Assembly (NCBI GenBank): GCA_964448135.1
Contig: CAYUVH010000017.1
Coordinates: 10,094-74,093, forward strand
Length of the DNA stretch: 64,000 nucleotides
Source of the DNA: an uncultured Verrucomicrobiota bacterium
GTDB lineage: Bacteria; Verrucomicrobiota; Verrucomicrobiia; Limisphaerales; UBA8199
Direction of reading: 5' to 3'
The notes under the pieces were generated by a model. That model did no database searches. It saw nothing but the letters and a program-made list of their open reading frames with translations, and was not told the origin of the DNA. Of the stretch, positions 15,240-25,027 are shown piece by piece. Positions within the stretch are counted from its first letter, which is position 1. Each line of letters starts with the position of its first letter. The position numbers and the translations under genes were made by a program.

Positions 15240-17717
15240 CTATTCGCGGACGGTTGCCGGCAGCTTTTCCTTCAGTGCCGCCACGAGCTTTTCGTGAGCG
15301 GAATTCGTCTCCGGCTCGGTCAGGGTGCGCTCGGGATTTCGGTAGGTGAACGCGTAGGCCATGCTCTTGCTGCCGGTGGGGACGTTCTGGCCGCGGAAGA
15401 TGTCGAAGAGTTCGACGGATTCGAGATTGGCCGGCTTGGTTTGCTTGACCACCTGCAGGACGGATTCGTGGGTGGTGGCTTCGGAGACGAGCATCGCCAC
15501 GTCGCGGCGCATGGCCGGGAAAGCGGGCAGGGAGCGGAAGGATTTGTCGGGGTTGCGGCGAACCAGGAGCGTGTCCAGGTTTAGTTCGGCCATCATTACC
15601 GGGTCGCGCAGGTCGTACTTTTTGCCGAGCGGTGGCAGCAGTTGGCCAATTTCGCCGATTTGGAATTTGCCGAGGTGAATCGTCGCCGACTCAATGAACA
15701 GAGCAGTGGGCGCCGTGCGGCGCGTCCAGGTGATGCCGCGCACGCCGAAGAGATCGAAGAATTCTTCGATCATGCCTTTGAGGTCGGAGATGTCGAATTT
15801 CGCGTCGCGGTCCGAACCGCTCCAGAAGAGATTTTGGCGGCGACCGGTGAGAGCGAAGGCCAGGTGGCGCTCTTCGCGCGTGGCGCCGGACTGGCTGTTC
15901 GGTTCGGTCGCGTGATTCGTGAAGATGCGGCCGGCTTCGAAGAGCGCGACGTCCAGATTGTTGTGGCTGAGGTTGTGTCGCAAGGCATCGAGCAAGCCGG
16001 GCAGGAGGCTGGGACGCAGGACGTTCATGTCGCTGCTCAACGGATTGGCGAGCGGAATGATTCCGCTCGTGACCGCGAGTTTGGCGGCGGACTCGGCGAT
16101 CAACGTCTGGCCCTGGGTTTCCATGAGTCCGAGTCCGGTCAGGAGCCGGCGCGCCTCGGCGATTTCGTCGTGCACGGAATCATAGGCGTTGGTGCCGATC
16201 GCGCCGAGCGGAGGCGTGGCGGGAATCTTATCCACGCCATAGAGCCGCGTGACCTCCTCGATGAGATCAATCTCGCGTTTCAGATCCACCCGGAACGAAG
16301 GGATGCGAAAAGTTGTGGTGTGCGGGGTGCGGATGCCGGTGGAAGGCGCGATGCCGGGGGCGGTGGCGACTTCGAGACCGAGCCGCTGCAGTGATTCAAT
16401 TTGCTGGTCCATCGGGATTTCGATGCCCAGGAGCGCGTTGGTCTGCGTATGCCGAATGGAAACCAGGCGCGGTTCGAACGGTTTGGGATACGCATCCACA
16501 CAGCCGGCCGCGAGTTCGCCACCGGCGGTTTGCAGAATCAGGTCGGCCGCCCGGCGGCTCGCCCAATCGCAAATGCCGACATCCGCTCCGCGCTCGAAAC
16601 GGTACGAGGATTCGGTGCGCAGTTCGAGTTTCTTGGAGGTCGCCCGGATGTTCTGCGGTTTGAACGTGGCGCTTTCGAGCAGCACGTCCACGGTGGTAGC
16701 GGCAATCTCGCTGTTTTGACCGCCCATGACACCGGCGAGGGCGATGGCCTTGGATTCGTCCGCGATCAAAAGCATGTTCGCGGTCAAGGTTCGCTCTTGA
16801 TTGTCGAGTGTCTTGAACTTTTCACCTTCCTGCGCATGCCGGACGACGATGGTCGGCTTGTCGCCGCTCTTCGCAACGAGATGAAAATCGAATGCGTGCA
16901 ACGGCTGGCCGACTTCGAGCATGACGTAATTGGTCACGTCCACGACGTTGTTGATGCTGCGCACACCGCATTTTTCGAGCGTGGACTTCAGCCAGTCCGG
17001 GCTCGGCCCGATTTTAACGCCGCGAATCACCCGCGCGACGTAACGAGGACAAAGCTCGGCATCCTCGATGCGGACGGCAACGAGAGCTTCACTCTGTGCG
17101 CTGGTATCGCCAGCGGGCTTCGCAATCTCTGGCAGTTTAAGCGGATTTCCCGTCAGGGCGCTGATTTCGCGGGCGATGCCGATGAGACTGTTCAGGTCGG
17201 GACGATTGGGTGTGATCTCCAGATCATAAACCACATCGCTGCCGCTGCGGCCGAGATACTCCGCAAAGGGCTGGCCCACGACAGCATCGGGCTTCAGCAA
17301 AAGCAGCCCTTCGGAATCCTGCGCAAGGCCGAGTTCACTCGGCGAGCAAAGCATGCCCTGCGATTCGACGCCGCGGATCTTGCCGACTTTGATCGTGAGG
17401 GGAGGCTGGCCTGCCTTCGCGGGAAGAGTCTGGCCTGGAAGGATGAGCGGCACTTTGTCGCCGGCCTTGAAATTGTGCGCGCCGCAGACGATCTGGCGCT
17501 CGCCCTTGCCGTCATTGACGCGGCAGAGATTCAGCTTGTCAGCGTTCGGATGCTTGTCCTTCGTGAGGACTTCGGCAACGACGATGCCTTCAAACTCGCC
17601 ACCGAGCTTTTGGATGCCTTCGACCTCGATGCCCAGCATGGTCAGGCGCTCGGCCAGTTCGGCCGGCGACCAATCGAAGTTCACGTATTGTTTAAGCCAA
17701 TTAAGCGTAACTTTCAT
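15240..17717 (-). CDS. pheT: Phenylalanyl-tRNA synthetase beta subunit
   Basis: MKVTLNWLKQYV N-terminus and tRNA-binding domain (KDKHPNADKLNLCRVNDG). Length and B3/4-B5 and C-terminal domain layout are typical (825 aa). Lies immediately downstream of pheS. Confidence 0.95.
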   Translation of the reverse strand: MKVTLNWLKQYVNFDWSPAELAERLTMLGIEVEGIQKLGGEFEGIVVAEVLTKDKHPNADKLNLCRVNDGKGERQIVCGAHNFKAGDKVPLILPGQTLPAKAGQPPLTIKVGKIRGVESQGMLCSPSELGLAQDSEGLLLLKPDAVVGQPFAEYLGRSGSDVVYDLEITPNRPDLNSLIGIAREISALTGNPLKLPEIAKPAGDTSAQSEALVAVRIEDAELCPRYVARVIRGVKIGPSPDWLKSTLEKCGVRSINNVVDVTNYVMLEVGQPLHAFDFHLVAKSGDKPTIVVRHAQEGEKFKTLDNQERTLTANMLLIADESKAIALAGVMGGQNSEIAATTVDVLLESATFKPQNIRATSKKLELRTESSYRFERGADVGICDWASRRAADLILQTAGGELAAGCVDAYPKPFEPRLVSIRHTQTNALLGIEIPMDQQIESLQRLGLEVATAPGIAPSTGIRTPHTTTFRIPSFRVDLKREIDLIEEVTRLYGVDKIPATPPLGAIGTNAYDSVHDEIAEARRLLTGLGLMETQGQTLIAESAAKLAVTSGIIPLANPLSSDMNVLRPSLLPGLLDALRHNLSHNNLDVALFEAGRIFTNHATEPNSQSGATREERHLAFALTGRRQNLFWSGSDRDAKFDISDLKGMIEEFFDLFGVRGITWTRRTAPTALFIESATIHLGKFQIGEIGQLLPPLGKKYDLRDPVMMAELNLDTLLVRRNPDKSFRSLPAFPAMRRDVAMLVSEATTHESVLQVVKQTKPANLESVELFDIFRGQNVPTGSKSMAYAFTYRNPERTLTEPETNSAHEKLVAALKEKLPATVRE

Positions 17718-17770
17718 CTTATGCGAAAAAATGAGGGGTCAGGGTAGCTGCCCGGAAAGCTCTCCCCAAC

Positions 17771-20191
17771 TCAATTCTTGCCCCGGACCGGCACCAGATA
17801 AATCCGGTCAATCCAGATGTCCTTGATACCTTTGTTCCCCAGCGGTCCGAGGAAAATGTCCCGCGACGCAGAAGGTTCGAACGTGCCGAGCAGATAGGAA
17901 TGGTACTCGTTGCTAGTCTCCTCGAGTTTGAGCTTTGCCTGCGCGGGGTAGCTCTTCGAGGCATTGTCATAGACCCCGGCGACAAAGACCTCTGAGTTCG
18001 GCTCAGGCGATCGTTTGGGCTCGACACGCACGACGGCGTAAACCTGCCATTTTCCGCCGTGGGTTTTGGCGAGGATATCCTCTCCGGCGATGCGGAAGGC
18101 CCACTCATTGTGACCACCCGGCAGCCCTACCGCGCGCAAATCCGAGGCGGATGCGTCCGGCAGGCGGTCCGAATATTTTCCCGGCTGATAGAGCCGCGCG
18201 AGATCGTCCTGCAAGTCCACCGCGCCCTTGCGCGAGGCTGAGGGCAAATCCTTCGGCGGCGCAGGATTCTTTTTGCGCGGCGGTGGTGGAGTTTCGACGT
18301 GCAGCTCCGGTTCGGTGTCGAAGGGTTTTAGGAAATCATCGACGGTGCGACCGCCTTCACTCATCACCTTGACGACAGTCCAATCCTTTCCGGGAGCGCC
18401 CTGGCAAACCTTGCGGAATTCGTCGGCCACCGAGCGACGCGACTCCGGCAACGGCCACGCGCCGTTCTGTTCCCAGCATTCGTTGCGCAACAGCGCCCAG
18501 TATTTCAGGTAGGCGCATCGCACCGGCAGGTGGGCCATTTTCACGCGGGCCAGCAATTCGGGATCTTTAGCCACAGCCTTTTCCGCTTCCTGCCAGAGTC
18601 GCTCGGCCTGGTAGAGCGTTTTGAAGTCCATGTAGCGCGGCGGATCCTTCGAGAGATAGCAGCGCACGTAAGATCCTTCCGCGGCTTTGTACACCAGCTC
18701 GAGGTATTTTCCGATGGGCTTCCCCGCCGCGCCGTAGTAGCCAGCCAGGAATTCCGCCGTCAGCTTGCGATCGTCCAGCTGCGGGTTCCACAGCAATTGC
18801 GCGAGCACCCAACTGCGCAGTTCGGCCATTTCCTCACCCGGTCCGGCGTAAGCGCCTTCCTCGAAAACGCCTTTCACCCCGTGTGCCTGGAAGAAGCGCA
18901 TGTTCGCTCCGAGCGTGAACCAGTTCGGGTGCGGGAAAACGTAGTGGCTGAAATCCGTGACGTAATCCCACACGTAAAGCCGGTTGCAAATCTGCGACCA
19001 CCTCAGCAAATCCGCGGTGAACGCGATGTTCGAAGGATGATCCAACGGCTCGCGAAAGTTGCACTCGATGGAGCACAACCGGACGATGACATTGGTCCGC
19101 GCGCTGAGAGTCTTCGGCGGTGTGCGGGTGTAAGTATAGGCGAAGGTATCCACCGCGACGTTGGGAAACTCGGGCGCTATCCTTTCGGCGATGTAGTTCG
19201 CAAACGTCAGCATGGTGCCGGAGTGCCCGCCTTCCGCATCGTCGAGTGCCTTGCAGGCGTCGCACTCGCACGCGCCGTTCCAATCGTTTTGCGTCACGGA
19301 GATGATTTCGCAATCGGGACACTCGCGCAGCCATTCCTTCACGCGCTGGACGACGAAGTCGCGTAGTTGCGGATTGGTCAGGCAAAGCTGAGCGTGATCG
19401 TGCGTGCGCTTGCCTTTGATCAGGCTGAACCACTCCGGATGGTCGGCAAAATGTTTTTCGGGCGGAACCAATTGGTAAAACGTGTGGCAAAAGCCCTTGT
19501 AACGAATACAGCCGCCCATGCCGGCGGGAATAAGCTGGTTTTCGTTGTTGGCGCAGTTGCGGCTCCGCCACAACGGATCGAAAGCCGTCCACCAAAACGG
19601 ACCGCGATATTCAAACGCCGGAGCTTCCCGGCGATCGAGGCTGGGAATTTTCAGGCTCGCCTGCTTCGGAATATTGGTGGTCCACGGCGCCCACCACCGC
19701 ACGCCGCATTCCTCCTGCAAAAAGCGGTTCACCGCGTATACCGTTCCACGGGGTCGTCCGCCCGCCAGCAGCAAGCGGCCGTTCTCCACGCGCATGATGA
19801 GTTCTTCGCGCCCGCATTCAGACAGGTTTGCATCGGGAAAGTATTTCGCGGCGAGCGGGCCGGGGCCGACGATGATGGCGGGAGCGGTGGCCTCACTGGC
19901 GTTCGTTCGGATTTCGAAATGTCCGCCCGTGATCAAATTCAGGTGAGTTTGAAGTTCCTGCGCCGCGTGGCGTTCGGCGGCGGTTGCGTCCGGTTGTTGA
20001 TAAATGGCGCACCTGGCCTTGCCGCGGGAAGCGAGGGTGAGGCCGGCATTGGCTGGTGTTACGATCGAGAGTGGAAAGACGACCAACGAGAGCACCGCAA
20101 GCGCACGCGCTGCGGCTGGTTTCGAAAGACGAAACACAGCCGCCGTCCGGGAGGGATCAGAACTGCCGCAAAAACCGCACATCGTTCTCAT
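17771..20191 (-). CDS. Secreted DUF4838-type putative glycoside hydrolase
   Basis: Signal peptide, then the N-terminal pattern ARCAIY...AAERHAAQELQTHLNLITG. The central region CLTNPQLRDFVVQRVKEWL...VTQNDWNGACECDACKALDD is typical of DUF4838. The ORF start at 20191 overlaps the pheS 3' end by 35 nt; an in-frame GTG at 20137 would avoid the overlap. Confidence 0.7.
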   Translation of the reverse strand: MRTMCGFCGSSDPSRTAAVFRLSKPAAARALAVLSLVVFPLSIVTPANAGLTLASRGKARCAIYQQPDATAAERHAAQELQTHLNLITGGHFEIRTNASEATAPAIIVGPGPLAAKYFPDANLSECGREELIMRVENGRLLLAGGRPRGTVYAVNRFLQEECGVRWWAPWTTNIPKQASLKIPSLDRREAPAFEYRGPFWWTAFDPLWRSRNCANNENQLIPAGMGGCIRYKGFCHTFYQLVPPEKHFADHPEWFSLIKGKRTHDHAQLCLTNPQLRDFVVQRVKEWLRECPDCEIISVTQNDWNGACECDACKALDDAEGGHSGTMLTFANYIAERIAPEFPNVAVDTFAYTYTRTPPKTLSARTNVIVRLCSIECNFREPLDHPSNIAFTADLLRWSQICNRLYVWDYVTDFSHYVFPHPNWFTLGANMRFFQAHGVKGVFEEGAYAGPGEEMAELRSWVLAQLLWNPQLDDRKLTAEFLAGYYGAAGKPIGKYLELVYKAAEGSYVRCYLSKDPPRYMDFKTLYQAERLWQEAEKAVAKDPELLARVKMAHLPVRCAYLKYWALLRNECWEQNGAWPLPESRRSVADEFRKVCQGAPGKDWTVVKVMSEGGRTVDDFLKPFDTEPELHVETPPPPRKKNPAPPKDLPSASRKGAVDLQDDLARLYQPGKYSDRLPDASASDLRAVGLPGGHNEWAFRIAGEDILAKTHGGKWQVYAVVRVEPKRSPEPNSEVFVAGVYDNASKSYPAQAKLKLEETSNEYHSYLLGTFEPSASRDIFLGPLGNKGIKDIWIDRIYLVPVRGKN

Positions 20192-21197
20192 AGAAGAGGC
20201 GGATATCGGTGATGCCGTAGCGGATCATGGCGATGCGCTCGATGCCGAAGCCGAACGCCCAGCCGGTCCAGACTTCCGGATCGTAGCCGACATTTTCGAA
20301 GACCTGCGGATGCACCATGCCGCAGCCGGCGATCTCGAGCCATTCCTTGCCCATCTTGCGGGTGAGCGCGCTGCTGAAATCGATTTCGAAGCTCGGCTCG
20401 GTGTAGCTGAAATAATGCGGCCGGAAACGAATCCGCGTTTCCGAACCCATCAATTCCTTGAAAACAAATTCCACCGTACCCTTCAGGTCGCCCACGGTGA
20501 CATTCTTGTCCACGTAGAGGCCTTCGACCTGATGGAACGTCGGATTGTGCGTGGCGTCCGCGTTGTCGCGGCGATAGACGCGTCCCGGCACGATGATGCG
20601 GATGGGCGGCGGCTGTTTCTCCATCACGCGGATTTGCACCGAGGAGGTGTGCGTGCGGAGCAGCGAGGGACCGCCGCCTTTGCCGCCGGGGGGAACCGGG
20701 GCAGGGGCGGAGTTCAGGAAGAAAGTGTCCTGGGAATCACGCGCGGGATGATCGGCAGGCGTGTTCAGCGCATCGAAGCAATGGTATTCGTCCTCGAATT
20801 CCGGACCGTCCGCGACCACGAAGCCGATCTTGCGGAAGCTGCGGACGATGTCCTCGGTCACCTGCGTGAGCGGATGCAGCTTGCCGAGCGAGCGACGCCG
20901 GCCGGGCAGGGTGAAATCCGTGGGCTCCTTCGGCATCGCCGCGACCAATTCGAGTTCGCCGCGACGCTCGGTCACCACGCCTTCGAGTTCGACCTTGGCG
21001 AGGTTGACGGCTTTGCCGGCGGCGGGTTTTTCCTCCTTCGGCAACGTGCCGAGCTGTTTCATCAGCGCGGTGAATTTGCCGTTGGCGCCGAGCCAGGAGA
21101 CGCGGGCCTGTTCGAGGGCGGCGGGATCGGCGGCGGCGCGGAGTTCGGCCAGCGCGGCCGCTTTAAGTGGTTCGATTTGTTCGAGCAGCCCGGGCAT
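20157..21197 (-). CDS. pheS: Phenylalanyl-tRNA synthetase alpha subunit
   Basis: Class II motifs LRTHTSSVQIR and GWAFGFGIERIAMIRYGITDIRLFYENDVRFLRQF. Confidence 0.95.
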   Translation of the reverse strand: MPGLLEQIEPLKAAALAELRAAADPAALEQARVSWLGANGKFTALMKQLGTLPKEEKPAAGKAVNLAKVELEGVVTERRGELELVAAMPKEPTDFTLPGRRRSLGKLHPLTQVTEDIVRSFRKIGFVVADGPEFEDEYHCFDALNTPADHPARDSQDTFFLNSAPAPVPPGGKGGGPSLLRTHTSSVQIRVMEKQPPPIRIIVPGRVYRRDNADATHNPTFHQVEGLYVDKNVTVGDLKGTVEFVFKELMGSETRIRFRPHYFSYTEPSFEIDFSSALTRKMGKEWLEIAGCGMVHPQVFENVGYDPEVWTGWAFGFGIERIAMIRYGITDIRLFYENDVRFLRQF

Positions 21198-21256
21198 GTG
21201 CCGCGGAGATTAACAGCCGGCGAACGTCAGGGGAAGTCCGCCCGGCGGTTGGGCGA

Positions 21257-21637
21257 TCAGGCCTTGGCTGCAGCCGACGCCTTGGTCTTCAGCGCGTCCT
21301 GGGAAAGCTTCACCAGGTTGCTGAAAGCGGCGGCATCGGTCGCCGCGAGGTCGGACAGGATCTTGCGATCCAGCGCGATCTTGGCGGCCTTGAGGCCTTC
21401 CATGAAGCGGCTGTAGGTCATGCCGGCGGCGCGGGTAGCCGCGTTGATGCGGATCTGCCACAGGGCGCGGAAATTGCGTTTCTTGGTCTTGCGATCGCGG
21501 AAAGCGTATTGGCGGCCGTGGTCCACCGCGTCGGAAGCGTAGCGGTAGAGCTTCGAGCGGCGCATGCGGAAGCCCTTGGCCGCGGTTAGCATTTTCTTGC
21601 GGCGACGGCGGGAAGCGGGAGCGTTAGTTACGCGCAT
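21257..21637 (-). CDS. rplT: 50S ribosomal protein L20
   Basis: RRRKKMLTAAKGFRMRRSKLYRYASDAV...RDRKTKKRNFRALWQIRINAA is the L20 signature. Confidence 0.95.
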   Translation of the reverse strand: MRVTNAPASRRRRKKMLTAAKGFRMRRSKLYRYASDAVDHGRQYAFRDRKTKKRNFRALWQIRINAATRAAGMTYSRFMEGLKAAKIALDRKILSDLAATDAAAFSNLVKLSQDALKTKASAAAKA

Positions 21638-21673
21638 AAAACAGGTAAGGGTGGAAAGTTACGTCGAAAACAA

Positions 21674-21883
21674 TTAGCGGGTGAACGGGAGGTTTTGCTT
21701 GATGCGATACTCGTCGGTCTTGTGGACCGCGGTGGCGCCCCGGAGGCCGCGGCGGCGTTTCGGGTTTTTGGTCTGCATCAGGTGTCGGCGGCCGGCGCTG
21801 GTGCGCATGACCTTGCCGCTGGCGGTAATCTTAAAGCGCTTGGCAGCGGCTTTCTTCGTTTTAATGCCTTTGGGGCGTCGCAT
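21674..21883 (-). CDS. rpmI: 50S ribosomal protein L35
   Basis: KTKKAAAKRFKITASGKVMRTSAGRRHLMQTK, 69 aa, directly upstream of rplT. Confidence 0.9.
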   Translation of the reverse strand: MRRPKGIKTKKAAAKRFKITASGKVMRTSAGRRHLMQTKNPKRRRGLRGATAVHKTDEYRIKQNLPFTR

Positions 21884-21917
21884 AAATCAATCCGTTCTTC
21901 TTCGAAAAAGAGCGCAC

Positions 21918-21946
21918 AATCTAGACATGTCCTGGTCGGGAAGCAA
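21918..21946 (-). promoter_or_regulatory. Possible sigma70-type promoter for rpmI-rplT-pheST (TTGCTT-17 nt-TAGATT on the minus strand)
   Basis: Hexamers at 21946-21941 and 21923-21918 with a 17-nt spacer, 35 nt upstream of the rpmI ATG. Pattern match only. Confidence 0.3.
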
Positions 21947-22053
21947 GCCGGATTTGGAAGTTTTTACTGATGCGGCTCGCCGCGCGCGGCTCGGGTTCAG
22001 CCGAAGGTCCCGGTATTTTCCCAGGGATTGGGAAGCTCCTTACGGGGGACCCA

Positions 22054-22190
22054 GGGGCATACCCCCCATTTTATCGGTTACACGGTTACAAACCGCATAA
22101 ACCGCATAAACATTGGGTGAAATGCATGTTTTATCGGTTACATTTGCGGTTACACATTGGTTACAAAACAGCGCTATCGGTAACAAATGA
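22054..22190 (+). repeat. Dispersed GGTTACA-array element, copy 2
   Basis: GGGGCATACCCCCC, then five GGTTACA plus one GGTAACA around the core AAACCGCATAAACATTGGGTGAAATGCATG. By eye it is near-identical to the reverse complement of 10736-10866, with one duplicated AACCGCATA. Confidence 0.7.
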
Positions 22191-22311
22191 GGGTTGGAAG
22201 TGGCGAAATTTGACCAACCGCCTTTGTCCCGGGGAGGGGACTGAGGCGGACAGGTCCGCCAGCGCGCTTAGAGGCTGCCGGACGACCAGTTTGGCGCCAG
22301 CCGGCGCCTTT

Positions 22312-24036
22312 TCACCGAATATAGGGAGTCACCAAATAAAAGGAGGCTCCGGCGTTGGCGTTGGGGTCGAGCAGCGCACTATTGGTGACTTGGAGAGAGT
22401 TATTGGTGATCCCAGTCACGAAGTTGGTGGTCAGCGGAGCCCAGGCGAGCGGATTGAGCAGGTCGGCGGAGCGCCAGAGGATGAGCTCGTAGTTGAGGTT
22501 CGTTCCGCCCAGAGCCAGTTGAGTCGGTCCGGGTTGATTCGGATTTGCAAATGAGCCGTTGGTGCTGAGCCGGGTGTATTGTTCATTGACGATGAAATTG
22601 TGGTTCGAGCAGGCCGCGCCGAGCGTGGTGGGATAGGGCAACAGGTTCCGGGAGTTTTTGGTGTTGGCCAGCGTTTGATAGGGAGCGGCGTTGAGCTTGA
22701 GCGAGTAGTAATTGGATTGCGCGGTCGCCGTCAGGGCGGAGGCGAGGAGATTCGTGAATTCGTAGGGATCGCTGGCGAGGTCGTAGAATTCCTCGGTGTG
22801 ATCGTAGAAATGAATGAGCTTGAAGCGTGAATTGCGCAGGGAGTAACCGTCGGTGGTGTCCTGCTCATTGAATTGCTCTTCGAGCATGCAGGTGGACGGG
22901 AGGGTGACGTCGGCTCGGAGCGCGGGGAGCAGGCTGCGGGAATCGATCGCGACGCCGGTTGGAAGGGTGGCCGCCACATTGATGCCCGCCAGTTCCTGGA
23001 CGACCTGGAAGATATCCACGTCGTTCACCAGGGAATCGTTCGTGCGGCCGCCTTTGACGACGTCGGGACCGGTGATGAAGAGAGGCGTGCGCGAGCCGCC
23101 TTCGTAGAGGGTGAACTTGGCGTGGCCGTTGGCGTTCGTGGTGTCGGGGATGTTCGGGTTTTTGTAAGGCGGCTGCTGGACGTTGACCATCGTGCCGTTG
23201 TCCCCGAGGAAGATGATGTCGGTGGTGTTGGTCGGGACGACGGTCATGAGGCGACCGATTTCGGTGTCGAGCGCCTCCACCATCGCCTCGAAATAGGAGC
23301 GCATGTTGTTGTTGATGCTCATCGGCGTGCCGGTGAGCGACGTGTAATGCGGCGCGAGGCTGTTCGGCGGCTTGTGATACGGCGCGTGGGGCGCGTTGAA
23401 GGCCAGCCACACGAACCACGGGCGATTGCTGTTGCCCGTGATGAAAGCCATGGCGTCGTTAACCTGGTCGCTGGTCGAATAGGCGGTGGTGCTGTTGGAA
23501 ACGCCGTTCACCCATTTCGTCCAATTGGTGTAGCTTGTGACCCCGGAACCGTAGTAGCCCGCGAAATTCGTCCAGCCGCCAGTGATGAACGGAGAGTTCG
23601 CGTCGTTCTGCGAAGCCAGGTGCCATTTGCCGAACGAGGCGACTGCGTAGGCGGGCGCATTCGTGCGGAAGGCCCGGGGCAGCGTGTACTCGGTGGGACG
23701 CAGGGCCGGGGTCTGGTTCGTGTTCCCGATGGCCACGCCCACGCCGGTGCGATAGGAATTGCGCCCGGTGAAAATGCACGCGCGCGACGCGGAGCACGAC
23801 GGTCGCGCGTAGAAATGCGTGAACAACACGCCGCGTTGGGCGAGGGCGTCGAGATTCGGTGTGGGCGGGAAATGCGCGCCCGTGTTGGTGGTGTTGCAGA
23901 GGTCGAAACTGTCGGCGCCAAGATCGTCGGCGATCAGGAGGAGGATGTTGTTGGTTTGGGCGGCTTGAAGGGTGGCGGCCGCGAGGGCGAAAAGGAGCAG
24001 GAGAAGCGGCAGGGGGCTCACGCCACGGGGTATCAT
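22312..24036 (-). CDS. Secreted sulfatase (arylsulfatase A family)
   Basis: Signal peptide, NILLLIADDLGAD and the formylglycine motif C-x-A-x-R in PSCSASRACIFTGR. Confidence 0.85.
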   Translation of the reverse strand: MIPRGVSPLPLLLLLFALAAATLQAAQTNNILLLIADDLGADSFDLCNTTNTGAHFPPTPNLDALAQRGVLFTHFYARPSCSASRACIFTGRNSYRTGVGVAIGNTNQTPALRPTEYTLPRAFRTNAPAYAVASFGKWHLASQNDANSPFITGGWTNFAGYYGSGVTSYTNWTKWVNGVSNSTTAYSTSDQVNDAMAFITGNSNRPWFVWLAFNAPHAPYHKPPNSLAPHYTSLTGTPMSINNNMRSYFEAMVEALDTEIGRLMTVVPTNTTDIIFLGDNGTMVNVQQPPYKNPNIPDTTNANGHAKFTLYEGGSRTPLFITGPDVVKGGRTNDSLVNDVDIFQVVQELAGINVAATLPTGVAIDSRSLLPALRADVTLPSTCMLEEQFNEQDTTDGYSLRNSRFKLIHFYDHTEEFYDLASDPYEFTNLLASALTATAQSNYYSLKLNAAPYQTLANTKNSRNLLPYPTTLGAACSNHNFIVNEQYTRLSTNGSFANPNQPGPTQLALGGTNLNYELILWRSADLLNPLAWAPLTTNFVTGITNNSLQVTNSALLDPNANAGASFYLVTPYIR

Positions 24037-24261
24037 GGCATTACAGACGAGGGGGAGCGGCGGCGGGTTTCAAGTTAATGAGGCGTGGAGCAAAGGGCTT
24101 GCAAGCGGAGAAAGAAGGAAAAGGCGGGGATGACAGAAAAATTTTGCGACAGAAAAATAGGGAGGAGAAAAAGCGGCCGAAGAAGGAATTTGACCACGGA
24201 GACACGGAGGGAGGCAAAGGTTGAACTTCAAACTTCAAAAAAGAAAGTTGATGCGGCTGGA

Positions 24262-24629
24262 TCAGGGTTTCATTGGCAAACGGATGCCAAACCCCAGGAC
24301 GTTGCCATCGGGGTCGCGGATGCCCAACTCGCGGGTGCCCCAGGTTTGGTCGGTTGGCGGAAGCTGGATGATTGCTCCTTTGGCCGCAAACTCGCGGTGC
24401 AGTTCATCCACATCGGTGACCCACAGACAGGCGTCGGTCGAACCGGCCCGGTCGCGCTTGAACGACTGGAGATGCAGCGCCACGCTGTCTCGAATCATGC
24501 ACATATAGCAGGGATCACTTTTGGCCGGATCCGGGCGATAGGCCGAGGCAAGCTGAAAGCCCAGTACGCCGCAGTAATAGGCTTGCGCCCGCCGCGCACG
24601 GCGATGATGGGGATGGCGGATTGGATCAT
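24262..24629 (-). pseudogene. VOC/glyoxalase-bleomycin-resistance family gene interrupted by a frameshift (or a sequencing indel)
   Basis: ATG 24629 has a good SD (AAGGAG 9 nt upstream) and encodes MIQSAIPIIAVRG, then runs out of frame. The downstream frame gives ...AQAYYCGVLGFQLASAYRPDP...WGTRELGIRDPDGNVLGFG, but opens after a stop without any ATG, GTG or TTG. The span is 368 nt, which is not a multiple of 3. Confidence 0.55.
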
Positions 24630-24642
24630 TCAGAAACTCCTT

Positions 24643-24876
24643 TCAGATTTCAGGCCGAGCCATTTTCGCGCGCACAATCAGCCAGACGGCGACTATGCCG
24701 GAAATAATCAGAGCCAGGTAAAGGTAGTGTTCCGCCGGGGCCTGTTTGTGTTCGTAGTCGTGCATGGGGCCGACGCCCCAGATGACGCGGATCAGATACA
24801 TGATCCAGACGAAGACAACGAAGAGGGTGCCGATCACCCACCGGACACGCGGTTGATCGCGAAAGATGCGAATCAT
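24643..24876 (-). CDS. Small two-TM membrane protein, unknown function
   Basis: MIRIFRDQPRVRWVIGTLFVVFVWIMYLI... contains two hydrophobic helices. Its stop abuts the SD of the VOC gene. Start is uncertain (24876 or 24975). Confidence 0.4.
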   Translation of the reverse strand: MIRIFRDQPRVRWVIGTLFVVFVWIMYLIRVIWGVGPMHDYEHKQAPAEHYLYLALIISGIVAVWLIVRAKMARPEI

Positions 24877-25027
24877 GACGTTACCATTTCGGTAAAAGGG
24901 CTGGCCGTAAAGGAATATCAAACATGGTTCGTAGCGGCCGAGGTGACGAGGCTCCATTGTTCCGGAAGCCCGCACGCATTCGACTAGATAGAGCCTCGTT
25001 ACCTCGGCTGCTACTTTCTGGGTATTG

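Noticed and set aside
16401-17747. Large ORFs antisense to confidently assigned genes. Examples: 16401-17747 opposite pheT, 1565-2425 and 3347-4171 opposite ileS, 20004-21416 opposite pheS, 22873-24078 opposite the sulfatase gene, 26284-27459 opposite the methyltransferase gene, 43953-45917 opposite czcA, 56757-57962 and 58008-59684 opposite blaR1/lptD, and 61261-62409 opposite the kinase gene.
   Set aside because: These are typical shadow ORFs of high-GC DNA. The translations are Arg/Gly/Ala/Pro-rich low-complexity sequence with no motifs, while the opposite strand carries clear conserved domains.
20137-20191. 35-nt overlap between the DUF4838 gene start and the pheS 3' end as a possible functional overlap.
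   Set aside because: More likely a start-codon artefact. An in-frame GTG at 20137 precedes the signal peptide and removes the overlap.
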